This document shows, in pieces, positions 16,033 through 26,547 of a stretch of 64,000 nt of DNA. Below the pieces are notes generated by a model, which saw only the letters and a program-made list of their open reading frames with translations, had not been told where the DNA came from and searched no databases. Made by a program: the position numbers and the translations under genes. Source of the DNA: Schizochytrium sp. TIO01 (lineage: Eukaryota > Protista > Bigyra: Labyrinthulomycetes); assembly GCA_004764695.1 (NCBI GenBank), contig SMSO01000034.1, positions 2,046,001 to 2,110,000 on the forward strand, written 5' to 3'. The stretch's first letter is position 1; each line of letters opens with the position of its first letter.

Positions 16033-17403
16033 ATGGCGGGAGGTGCTGCTGCATCCTCTTCGGCGGCCGGCGCCAATGCCGCTGGCGCAGCGGTCGGCTC
16101 TTTGTCTGCTTCAGGCGCCGGAACTCCTGCATCGGGCATTGAAAAGGAATTTGAGCTTCCCCAGGCCAGCGTAGGTCGCATCCTCAAGCGAAAGCTGCCG
16201 GAGGGCGTCACTGTATCGAAAGAAGCCAAGCAGGCGTTTGCAAAGGCTGGTGGAATCTTTGTCCTGTACTTGACACACGCGTAGGTTTTTTGGTTGCCTC
16301 AGACTATTTGGGATTCGCATTTTCTCCTCTTTAACGTTAAAGCTCGGTTGAGCTAGACAGAGAGAGTATGACTTGTCTTGACATGCGCTGTGATGTGTTG
16401 ATGTGCCATAAAATGACAATGAACTGTTCGCTAACGAGGAAGATACTACTGAGCATGCTCACATGCCGGGCTTTCTCTCCACTCTGCTTAAATCTGTGTG
16501 TATTGCTTCACATTCATGTGGATAGGTCCAACTCCTTCTGCCGCACGGACCGCCGCCAGACCATTTCTGCGCGCGACGTTTTTGACGGTCTGCGTTGTAT
16601 TCAGTTTGAAGAATTCATTGAGCCTTTGGAGAAAAGTTTGCAAGGTACGTTGCAATTATCAAGAGGTTAATGTTCCTTAATCATTCAAGAATTTGGCATT
16701 GTGAAAAATAGAAGGGAAAAAATCAAAAGAAAGGGGGCGGAAGCACATGTGTAGTGTAATCGAATAGAGGCAATGCACAAACACGTCTTCACCCCTCTTG
16801 TAAATTTGTCATTTGCAATTTATGGAAAACATAAAAGTCAAGAGGCAGGGCAGAGCACACAAAGGAGGAGGTGGAACGAAAAGACCGATATCAAAAGAAT
16901 CAGGAAGCACGCATGTTGTTGAACCTGTGCATTGACAACTGATGGCACACAGGTTTCATTCTTTCTTTGCTGCATGTTATGCCGTGCTGCAAGGAATAGA
17001 ATGACGCCCTACCCGTATCTACCCTATGACGCATCGACTCTTTGATTTAACGCCGCCTTCTCTCTTTCCTTCTCTACCATTGCTTGCCTCGATGGATGTT
17101 GCTGAGCAGCTGATCAATGCTCACGGAATCGTTAAAAATATTACTCGGGAAGACCGTGCCAATGTTTCTCATCCGTTATTTTCTTTCATTAAATGAATGT
17201 ATTGTCAACTAACATACTGTGCTGGAGTTAACACTACAGAAATGCGCGAGGAGGCCGTGGCGAAGAAAAAGGCAAAGAAAACAGAAGACACTACTGGCAC
17301 AGACAAGACGCCTTCATCATCCACAAACCAAGCGCCACAAGCTAGCCCACAAGGTGATGATAACCTGGCGTCTACGCAACGCGCCACCGCGGATAAAACT
17401 TAA
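16033..17403 (+). CDS. POLE3: Histone-fold protein, DNA polymerase epsilon subunit 3 / DPB4 / CHRAC17-like (NF-YB family), 3 exons
   Basis: Exons 16033-16280, 16526-16644, 17240-17403. Junctions GC|gtaggt...atag|G and G|gtacgt...ctaac...acag|AA. Protein contains ELPQASVGRILKRKLPEGVTVSKEAKQAFAKAGGIFVLYLTHASNSFCRTDRRQTISARDVFDGL. Confidence 0.82.
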
Positions 17404-18883
17404 AATGAATCACATATACTGCCCCGAGTGCCCGCCACAGATTAAGAACTGCCTTGGCTACCCAAATTCCCAATAACGTGTGAAATGTGTAAAAGGAAAA
17501 CACAATCGAGGGCAGAAAGAGAACCAAAGCCCCGAGCAACATAATGTTCCGTACCATGTGAAACGCCTGCGTAGCATAAATAAGACCATCATAAACAAAA
17601 ACGATTGAATTGCAAATTTGCATCAAACTCAACAGAGGCCACACCGTGCGCAAAGCGCTTCGAGTGTCAGGATCCGACGTGAACGCAGCTATAACTACAT
17701 CCCTTGCCGAAAAGAATATGACACAAAATACTACGCCAGTCATTGCACCCATACTCAACAACCGATCAAAGGTTGGAATCACTCGCCGGGCACGGTCCGC
17801 TCCCAATAACTTGCTGCCCAGCATTGTTCCAACATCTGCAAAACCATCTGCCAGGTACGAGGTCAGGGTCCACAGTTGCAAAAGTATCTGATGCGCAGCT
17901 TGCTGAGTTGTACCAAGTCGACTGGCGAGGACGGCCATGGTCCATAACGAACCTGCAAGGAGAAACGAGCGAATGAGCATATTGCCTGCAGATCGGAAAT
18001 ACTCCATTAACCGAAACGTATCCACCGCGCGATCATCAGCCTCATTGCGCCCCAATAAAGGTACGCGAAGAAGTTGTGTGTTCACCGCAATGTCAGGTGC
18101 GCACCACAGTACAAGCAGAAAACCACCCACGGCTCCTACCACAGAAACACCAAATGATGCCACAGCACATCCATAGAGTCCACCACGCAGTACAACCATA
18201 GCCAAAACATCAGCCCCGATAGTCAACGCCGCAACTACAGAGTTGTAGACAGTCACAGTATGTACGCATTGAAACCCAGTCAGCACGCCGCTCCATGTAC
18301 GGGTGAGTAAAAGGAACGGGGTACTCCATACCCGAAACATATACAGGGGGGCAGCCGCATCTTGAACGCTTGCGTCTGAGTCGTACAAAATATAGACGAA
18401 TTTTTGTACAAAGGTAAGCACAAGCGCACAAAAGATACCCGTGCTTACCGAGGCGCCAACTGCAAGCCGGATCCTTGAGCCCACATCTTCCCATGACTGC
18501 ATGCCTACGGCACGGCCAACATTTGCCATTGACACAACAATTACAAAATTAAAGATGTTAAGAAAGAAGGCTGTTACCGTCACGACAGTGGAGTACGCTG
18601 CAAGGCTTGTACGCTCTTCTACTGGATCATCATACGCATGAGTTATCAATATAAGCTCCACCAATGCGGCTGTAGGTGTCACCGCGTCGTTCAATGCCGC
18701 AACAGCAGAGAGCCGTGCCAGCTCGCACCATGACTTTGTTACAAGTTCATCTTCATCGCTGCGACCGCGGTCCAAGAAACCTTCAAGCGAGCCTTCAAGA
18801 GGACTCGGACTCTCGCTGTCCTCCCAGTCAACTTCTCGCTCAATCAGCGGCTCTGTGTGGTCCAAATCATCCGGCTCTAGCAT
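17372..18883 (-). CDS. MATE family efflux transporter
   Basis: 503 aa with ~12 hydrophobic segments in two MatE halves; 'RLGTTQQAAHQILLQLW' and 'FVYDGLIYA'. Confidence 0.9.
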   Translation of the reverse strand: MLEPDDLDHTEPLIEREVDWEDSESPSPLEGSLEGFLDRGRSDEDELVTKSWCELARLSAVAALNDAVTPTAALVELILITHAYDDPVEERTSLAAYSTVVTVTAFFLNIFNFVIVVSMANVGRAVGMQSWEDVGSRIRLAVGASVSTGIFCALVLTFVQKFVYILYDSDASVQDAAAPLYMFRVWSTPFLLLTRTWSGVLTGFQCVHTVTVYNSVVAALTIGADVLAMVVLRGGLYGCAVASFGVSVVGAVGGFLLVLWCAPDIAVNTQLLRVPLLGRNEADDRAVDTFRLMEYFRSAGNMLIRSFLLAGSLWTMAVLASRLGTTQQAAHQILLQLWTLTSYLADGFADVGTMLGSKLLGADRARRVIPTFDRLLSMGAMTGVVFCVIFFSARDVVIAAFTSDPDTRSALRTVWPLLSLMQICNSIVFVYDGLIYATQAFHMVRNIMLLGALVLFLPSIVFSFYTFHTLLGIWVAKAVLNLWRALGAVYVIHFKFYPRWRVA

Positions 18884-21800
18884 CGTGTCTGAGTAAAATG
18901 AACAAAATTCAATCCGAACAAGACAGCCCTACGAGTAAGAACCACTTTTTCACAAGTCGAACCGCGTTTTTGCCCACCAGGCGTACGTCAATCTACGAAG
19001 CTTCTACTTCTCCCAACTTTGTGGTCACCCGCTCTGTGCGGTGCCTTTTTCGGCGTCCTGTGGTACTATATTCAATATTGGCAAAGTGTATCTGGTTGTC
19101 CCGAAAGCAGTAGCAGCAGCAGTAACAACAACAAAAGCGGCAGGACGCAATCTAAATGTGCCTCAGATTGTTGTTTGGGCTCTTCTTAAGCCTCGGACAG
19201 TAAAAGGGCCGTATGTTGACTAATCGAAAAATCTTTTGCTCCGGCACAGGCCTAGCTCACAGAGCTGCGAAGCGCACTGGCGGCGCAAGAAAAACAAGAG
19301 TGGACAATCAATTGTAGAAACTTTGTCAGCCAGTATCTTGGCACCCGACCTTGCAGATATCTTGCTCTTGGTGCCGTACGCTGCCTAATCTTTGACAACA
19401 AACTTCTCACCTGATATAAGCTGCGCAGGAAGACCTAGCCGTCCGCAACTCGTGAACTTGTGGGTTCTCCCGTCCAGGCCGCCCGACCCTCGTGAGCCTT
19501 CTTCAACCGAACGAGTGGGACTTTGTCAAGATCCCTCCTCACGACTAGCAAGATGGTCTGTCACTGCATCATTCATTATCCACCATCATCCCCCTCAAGG
19601 CGTCACACCTCATCTTGTTCTCTACCCCCCGTGTTCCATAGTAGCTTTGGTGTCATAGGGGGGTAATATACAAGGATAGATAGATTCTTCTTCTTTTATG
19701 TTGTCTGCAGTGAATGACAAATATTCATATCAATGAGGAATAATCTCCTCCAAGAGCACTTTAAAAAGCTAGTCAAGAAGATGCCGATACCAGGTTTGCC
19801 AGCTCTTGAGGTTCTCACTTTAAAGCTGCTTTGTTTTGATACGATCACTTGGTATACATACCTACATAGGAAGAAAGCTGGAATTCATGCGAGCACACTA
19901 TGGTTTGGTCATTAAAAATCCGAAAATCGTTGCTCGTCTCATGATAGTCACAGAAATGAGCTAAGCACCTTTTACCAAACCTGCCTAGGGATCGTTTCAG
20001 TAATCGTCGTCGACTTGAGAGAGCATATTTCTTTGCACGAAGGAGGTGCTTCGGGTATTTTTATGAAATCCATCATGTCAACATTTGGCAGAAGCTTCAA
20101 GCTCGAGATGAACTGGATTCAAGAACTTCACCTCGAGCTAACCCTTATTGCGCTGCCTAGAGTAGTATTGCCCAGCACGTGGCAAGAGCAGCTGCATGCA
20201 GGGCTCATCACGTCATTTTGACAGACAATTCGAGCTTGAAGGCTGATAATCTTAACCAATGCAATTTAAAGAATGAGAATATTTATATTTTATGACATGC
20301 TCTCTCTTTTTTGTTGGTAAAACTGGTTCGTAGGTATCAATCTCCAACTAGCTCTGGCAACCGGGCATCTAGATGGTGGCTTTGCTCAGCTCTCCCCGAC
20401 ATGGTTAGTGTCCCTTCGACCCTTCCCCCAATCCCCGGGTCCTTTCAACCTCATATTCTTGACAAACTTGAAGTTAATGAAATTACTCCTGCCACCGTAG
20501 TAGGTATAGTAAGTACTTAGTTTAATCGCTTCCGTGCACACAACTTAGTTTTCAGGACTCAGGTTGACAAGCTCCTGCGACACGCACTCCGCGCTAAACT
20601 TCGGGTGGTGTTTTCGAATCAAGCGACCTGCTTCCGTCTCTGAGCCCATCTCCCTCCACCTTGCACAGCTCTCACATTGACACAATGGCTCCCGAGAGAA
20701 GCATCTCATTACCTTGACTTAAGTCATACTATTCCATTACGTTTCATGAGTACATTGCATTACATTGCATTATATTGCATTACATTGCACTTATTTCTTT
20801 TATTTTATTCTTTTTCAACTTGAAAAAGAAGAGCTGTTTAGGTTTTTATTCATTGCGACTTATCGTGACACATTTATCATGTTTTTATTTTATTTTTTAA
20901 ATATAAACAACCGAAACTAAAGCTTTTATTCGTCATCATGAAATAAAACAAAATAAAGTAGAAAGCAGTAGGTAGGTACTTCTAACTCTTTCTAGCCCTG
21001 TGAACATTATTTATGGTATCGTCATTTTCATTTATCCTTCATAAGAAAATTGGTTTCACACAGAATAGGGATATCAAAACTACCTCGGTTGCGCCACGAA
21101 TGTGCTTCAGAGAGGTCTTGGACACCTCTGCGGCACATTGTCCGGTTGCCTTTCCTCGTTGCACCCTCGGGTTTGTGAACCATCATTGCCAGAGCATCAT
21201 AAGGCCACAGGATAATGAAACGCATGTGTGTTTATTTACATCGACGATCATGGTAAATTGATGAGCTCACAGAATGTTGAAACGCCAGTGTGTGTATCAA
21301 CATCGACCAAAGCCATCTCAATGAAAAGCCGAACTGTTGACCGTGACTCGTATCGCTTAGTAATAACAAGTTGGATGAGGTTAGCGAATATAAGTTCAAA
21401 CCACAAGGACCTCAAATCGCTTGCTTGCTTGCTTGCTTGCTCTTGCCCCAGGTTCACATTGTTTGCTCCTTTCTTTTTGATCCTTCGATGTCTGGGTCTT
21501 TCTTTGAGTGCAAAGATGTGTGTGTATGTGGTGTGTGTTCTTTCATTAGTTCGTGCTCTACTGCATCACCTAAGGGGCATTAGACAGTCATTGAACTAAA
21601 CAAAAACTCTCTCATCTCCCTTACAAAACAATTTGCTATGACCTAGTTTGTGAAGAAAAAGAAAAAGGTTTTCTTCTCCTCTATCGATATGACGATTATG
21701 ACTCCGAATAAAACAACCACCATTCCAATGCCTATCGCGCCACCGCGGGAGAGCTGTGGCATCATGTTTATAAGTAGAAATTAAGAAAGAAGAGCTTTGT

Positions 21801-23137
21801 GTTTGAGCGTCTTGATCATCGTGACGTCTCTTTCATCAGTCATGAGTGTTGTTTAATTTAAATGAATAAAAAAGTAATTTTATTTAATTAAATAAAAGGA
21901 AGAGAAAGGAAATGCTCATTTTGAGAGACGCATAAAATTGATCAATACACGGCGGTGTGTCTGCGTCTCTTGTATTCTGGCGTCCGCTTGGCACGACGGC
22001 ACTGACCGACCGACCGCCTGGCCGCCCGCCCTGGCAAAGTCGGGCAGTTGGCATTGCATCGGTTGGACCTCTGGCTAAGTCACCCTTCCCAAAGCTTCGT
22101 TCGAGTCGGAGTTCCTGGCGGTGCTGTCCGCACGAGGGACCGCGTTCATCTCGAGCGCGCTGACCGAGCAGACCAAAGTTGGTGCCCCAGTCAGTCAATT
22201 CAATTGACTGCTCTGCTCGCCTTGTACTCTGCGCCGCTCTGGGTCTACGCAGCTGTGCTGCTGCTGTGTACCGGCTAAAACCAAACTAGCGCACCTTCAG
22301 ATAGCGGTGCGAGGCTTAAATAGAGAGGCACATCGCTTATCGCGGCAGACTAGTTTGGGTGTAGTCATTCAAAGAAAACATACAGAGCAAATCCGACATC
22401 TTCGAGTTGCCAGCGAACTAGCTAGCCAGCTCGTGACATTAGCAGGCGGAAACCGACCTGGCCGGGCGCTTGACAAAACTGCTTTGACAACCTTCCTACG
22501 ACGCCAGCAAGCGCCCTGAACCCATTTTCCTTCCTTGCACGCACAACTTGGGGTAGCTAGCAGCAAATCAGGTAACTCATTAACTTACGAGAAGCAGAAG
22601 TAACTCCAAAGCGCAACACGAAACTCCCGCCAACGAGGGACTCCTCCGAAGAGGAAACCACATCACAAGCAGTGGCAACAGCAAACTGCTTTCGTCAATC
22701 GTGCATTCTGGCATTTGGCGCAAAGCCGTTCATCCTCCTCTTATCGGCACGGCGACCTTCGGACGGGTAGCGTGAGCACCGGGCTTCGTTTTGATCACAC
22801 GGATTCTTCTTCAGGTTCCATAACATCTCCGCTGCGAAGCTACTCGTAGAGAATAACAACTCTACGTCTCGCTTCGTGGGGTGCCATTTGCTTTAGACTT
22901 CGGAGCTTTGACAAACGTCCTTGCATTACTTACCACCAGTAACAGCAGCAACGAACTCCACCGCACTGGTGCTCTTCAGCTCGTTTCATCGAATACTGAC
23001 TTCGGAGCACACGACGCGCGTGCGTCGTGCCCAAAGGTAGAGGCTCTATAAGCATCACTGCTAGCACGAAAGGATCACAACCTTGACGTGGAAAGCGTCA
23101 GCAAAGCGGAAATCGCTTCATAGATAAAGCTTTCATA

Positions 23138-24346
23138 ATGGCTGACCAGGAATCGCCCAAGGCGAAAGGCCGGCGCATCTCTACTCTCAATGCCAAGAAG
23201 AAGATGGCATCCAAGCTCGGAGAGAGTAAAATCGGCCGCGCTACACTCGTCAAGCTCATGGGCCCCGAAGCCGATGCCATCGTCTCGGCTCTCAAAGAAG
23301 CAGTTGTTAAAATGGACAATAAGAACAAAGCAAAAGAATTGAAAAAGGACATCTTCAAATGGGTTCTCAAAGCCTCAGTGCTTATCCAGAATAAGAATCT
23401 GCACAAGGACAACACGTCCCACTTGCGGCGCCCCATTCAGCTTGCTGCTGAGCGCCTTATTGACATTTGCGACAGGGTCCCGGCTGGCAAGCGTGATCTC
23501 TCAGAGGTTAGCAAGGAGTTTAAAGACGTTGCCGTTCTTTTGCGAAAGGTTCTCGAGCCCCACTGCCAGGACAAGAATGCTGACAAGGTTGTCAACATCA
23601 TTAACTACTATGCGGACTTAAACTTTCTCAATCGCTTCATGAATGAAGACATCGCGGCTCAGGAGCGTGAAACCATCCTGACATCCCTTCGGCACATGTT
23701 GCTTCCTTTCCCGTCAGTTCTCTTTGACCAGGAGAGCATTGACTCAGCATTGCTCCGCGCCGTCAACATCCAGAGTGAGATTCGTAATCCATCTTTGGCC
23801 ATGTGTCTTGGTCAGGAACACCCCCAACTCAGTTCTCTATTTGCGGTCTACGTGGACGCCTTGGACAATAAAGCATTGGGTCAAAGTGTGCGTTTCATTA
23901 TGGCAGAACACGAATTTACTCTGATTTCGGCTGCCAATATTCGTGCCTCTCGTGCTCGCATTCTCTACAACAAGTATCTTGCTACACCTCCGGTTCCCGG
24001 TGGCGAAATGCTCTCGTCGAATAACGAGCTCTTGAACAAGTTGCAAGAACAGATTGACGACGAACGCACCCCAAAGCTGGCCTTTCAAGACATTCGCAGC
24101 GAGCTTTTGGAAAAGCTCGAGAAACCCTTTGCAGATTTCCTCAAGAGCGAGGACTTCCTCCACTACAAAGCTCACTTACAAGCCGAAGTTGACGATTTAG
24201 AGGAACTCTACGGAGATAAGTTTTCTGTCGCGCTTAGCATTATCAATGTGTCCAATGGCGCCATGAACAAGGCTCGCCCTTCTCATAACACATCCGCCAA
24301 GGCTGGCTGTGCTTTGCCTTCAACTGCATCGACCACCGCTGTGTAG
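23138..24346 (+). CDS. TNFAIP8/TIPE (DUF758)-like domain fused to a C-terminal RGS domain
   Basis: N-terminal 'AKKKMASKL...KAKELKKDIFKWVLKASVLIQNKNL' resembles TNFAIP8. C-terminal 'QSVRFIMAEHEF...RARILYNKYL...AFQDIRSELLEKLEKPFADFLKSEDF' resembles RGS. Both recognised by eye. Confidence 0.72.
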   Translation: MADQESPKAKGRRISTLNAKKKMASKLGESKIGRATLVKLMGPEADAIVSALKEAVVKMDNKNKAKELKKDIFKWVLKASVLIQNKNLHKDNTSHLRRPIQLAAERLIDICDRVPAGKRDLSEVSKEFKDVAVLLRKVLEPHCQDKNADKVVNIINYYADLNFLNRFMNEDIAAQERETILTSLRHMLLPFPSVLFDQESIDSALLRAVNIQSEIRNPSLAMCLGQEHPQLSSLFAVYVDALDNKALGQSVRFIMAEHEFTLISAANIRASRARILYNKYLATPPVPGGEMLSSNNELLNKLQEQIDDERTPKLAFQDIRSELLEKLEKPFADFLKSEDFLHYKAHLQAEVDDLEELYGDKFSVALSIINVSNGAMNKARPSHNTSAKAGCALPSTASTTAV

Positions 24347-24699
24347 ACCTCTAGTGTCTGCTTTGGTTTGAATGTCCTGATTTGAGTGTGCCATTTCACT
24401 TCACTTGCAGTTACTCGAAAGAAAGAAGCCACCTCGTCAGATACTACAGTCACAAAGCATGCAATACAGAAAGAAAACAAAAGTTTCAAGTGAAAGAAAA
24501 CAAAAGAAAACAAAAAAGAACAAAAAGAAAATCTCCTGTTCTTCGGGCAACAAAGCCTCATTAGGTTGGTTCTCTAATAAATGATTATATTTCTTGTGTG
24601 TGTATGACCAACCTTTATCATAACCTTGTCATAGCAAATTTTTGCGAGATGTTGCTAAACTTGAATAATACCACAGGTCGATTTCGAATTGATACACGC

Positions 24700-25953
24700 T
24701 TAATGACCTTTATAGTACACGACTGTATTTTTGCCTTCAAAATCAAGTTTTTTCACGTGAATCTCAGGATCTTTTTCACAAAGGTAGCTCACTAATGTTG
24801 CATGGGATCGCACCGGAGTGCCATCCCGCAAGGCTCGTCCAGGAAACAATTTACTATACACGCAACACGGCACCACAGCAAATGGAACACCAAGGAGTAA
24901 TGCGAGATCCACCATAGGCTCAGTTGCCTGATCTGGGTGCATGCCTACAACTACAGAGCATTCCTGAAGAGCTTTGAGAACTTCCTCCCCTGTCTCGAGC
25001 TCATTAAAGAATTCACTTTCCTCGGGGTTCGGCTCAGTGTCAGCATCCTCCTCTGGGTCTTGGTGGGTTTCTTCATCCTCCTCATCCTCATCCTCGACGT
25101 CATCAGCTTCATGTAAGCCTTTACGTGTCCAAGCAAGCCCACGAGCGCGAGCCATGTGTGCTTGCCACACATTGTCATCTATGCAGGATTGTCGCACTAG
25201 TTCCACAAGATCTGCATCCATATAGAGTGAAAGGTGGCTCAGCTTAACAAGTTCATCTGTTGGCTTTCGCGTCACATGAGAGACACCCCTTTTCCCGAGA
25301 TTACGATGGTACATCCCCAACTGGAACTTGCGGACAAAATTTGAGACTTGCAGTGGTCGTGGGTCGAGCACAGTTGCTTGAATACCGTTTAGATTAGCCA
25401 GTTCAAAGGCAAGCTCACCACGCCCACCTGCTACATCCAACACGCCAGAACCTTGCTCCAATCTTTCAAGTCCAAACTCGTCGAGAAGAAATCTTCTTAA
25501 GACACCTACTCGGCCAGCTTTGCGCACAAAGCGGCGTTTGCCACCTCGTACGCGACGTTCTGCAGGGGCTACACCAGCTTCAGTTTGTGGATGAAGAAAT
25601 TGACAATTCTCTCCATATGTGCAGGTTCCTGTACGACGCCAATGCTTACAAATCTTGGCACCTACATCAACCAATGTACACTTATTTTCTAATGCGCACT
25701 CAAGATGTACCCACGCACGTCGCTTTGGGTTTTCCTTAGACGCCTTCGCCTCGCTGTTTTTGGCATCGGCGACATCTTCCTCCTGCTCTTCCTCCACAAG
25801 GTACACCCGAATAATCCGCTGTCCTACTTCACAGGTCAGCTTGCATAGTGCGCAGAGCTCTGGACGAGAACAAACAAAGCCCAGCGGGGTTTCACCTTCT
25901 CCGCTCTCTGGCTTCGCTAGCGCTGCCTGTATTTTTTCATCGCCTGATGACAT
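24700..25953 (-). CDS. CCCH zinc finger + class I SAM-dependent methyltransferase-like protein (putative RNA methyltransferase)
   Basis: CKHWRRTGTCTYGENCQFLH (CCCH); VLDVAGGRGEL (SAM motif I); GMHPDQATE...FAVVPCCV. Likely ATG at 25953 (MSSGDEK). Confidence 0.8.
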   Translation of the reverse strand: MSSGDEKIQAALAKPESGEGETPLGFVCSRPELCALCKLTCEVGQRIIRVYLVEEEQEEDVADAKNSEAKASKENPKRRAWVHLECALENKCTLVDVGAKICKHWRRTGTCTYGENCQFLHPQTEAGVAPAERRVRGGKRRFVRKAGRVGVLRRFLLDEFGLERLEQGSGVLDVAGGRGELAFELANLNGIQATVLDPRPLQVSNFVRKFQLGMYHRNLGKRGVSHVTRKPTDELVKLSHLSLYMDADLVELVRQSCIDDNVWQAHMARARGLAWTRKGLHEADDVEDEDEEDEETHQDPEEDADTEPNPEESEFFNELETGEEVLKALQECSVVVGMHPDQATEPMVDLALLLGVPFAVVPCCVYSKLFPGRALRDGTPVRSHATLVSYLCEKDPEIHVKKLDFEGKNTVVYYKGH

Positions 25954-26253
25954 CGCTTTGTGCGAGAGACAGATGAGTGGCAACGAGTTCACAGAAATAC
26001 TATGTAAGTGACAACGCACAACAAATCTACGTTAAGGTCTCAAATCAATATGCTATGCAATGAAGTGTTGCAGCAAATATTCATTTAACCAAGTCCAAAC
26101 TCAGCACGGAAGATGCACCTCTGTCCTGAAAACCACGTGACACGAAAAATGCAAGACTGAGAATTTACTCTTTTCACATCATTATGTTTGGTCCTTATGC
26201 TTTGTATTACGTATATATGTACCAAGCGTCAAGGACTCTCAACAACGACAACA

Positions 26254-26325
26254 GCAGCCGTAGCTCAGTGGTAGAGCGTCCGCCTCACACGCGGAATGTC
26301 GCGTGTTCGATCCACGCCGGTTGTA
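26254..26325 (+). tRNA. tRNA-Val(CAC)
   Basis: Cloverleaf: acceptor GCAGCCG/CGGTTGT, D arm GCTC-AGTGGTA-GAGC, anticodon arm TCCGC-CTCACAC-GCGGA, T arm GCGTG-TTCGATC-CACGC. Followed by a T-run Pol III terminator. Confidence 0.96.
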
Positions 26326-26547
26326 AATTTCTTTTTTTCTCTCTCTCTATATATTTTTATAAAAATAAATTTGGTTCCGCAAAGCGTTTCAGCAATCAAT
26401 GAGATTCAAGGTAAAAATTATCAAGGTGAATCAAATGCTCTATATGGTGTAATATGACTTTTTATATGTGTAGGTGCCTAGTTACGATGATGATGAAATT
26501 ATGTGAGTGCAGCGAAAAAGGATTAGGAGCCTTTCAATGAGGGGAGC

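Noticed and set aside
19733-20221. Two same-frame ORFs separated by one stop (possible pseudogene)
   Set aside because: No family resemblance I can identify; chance is not excluded.
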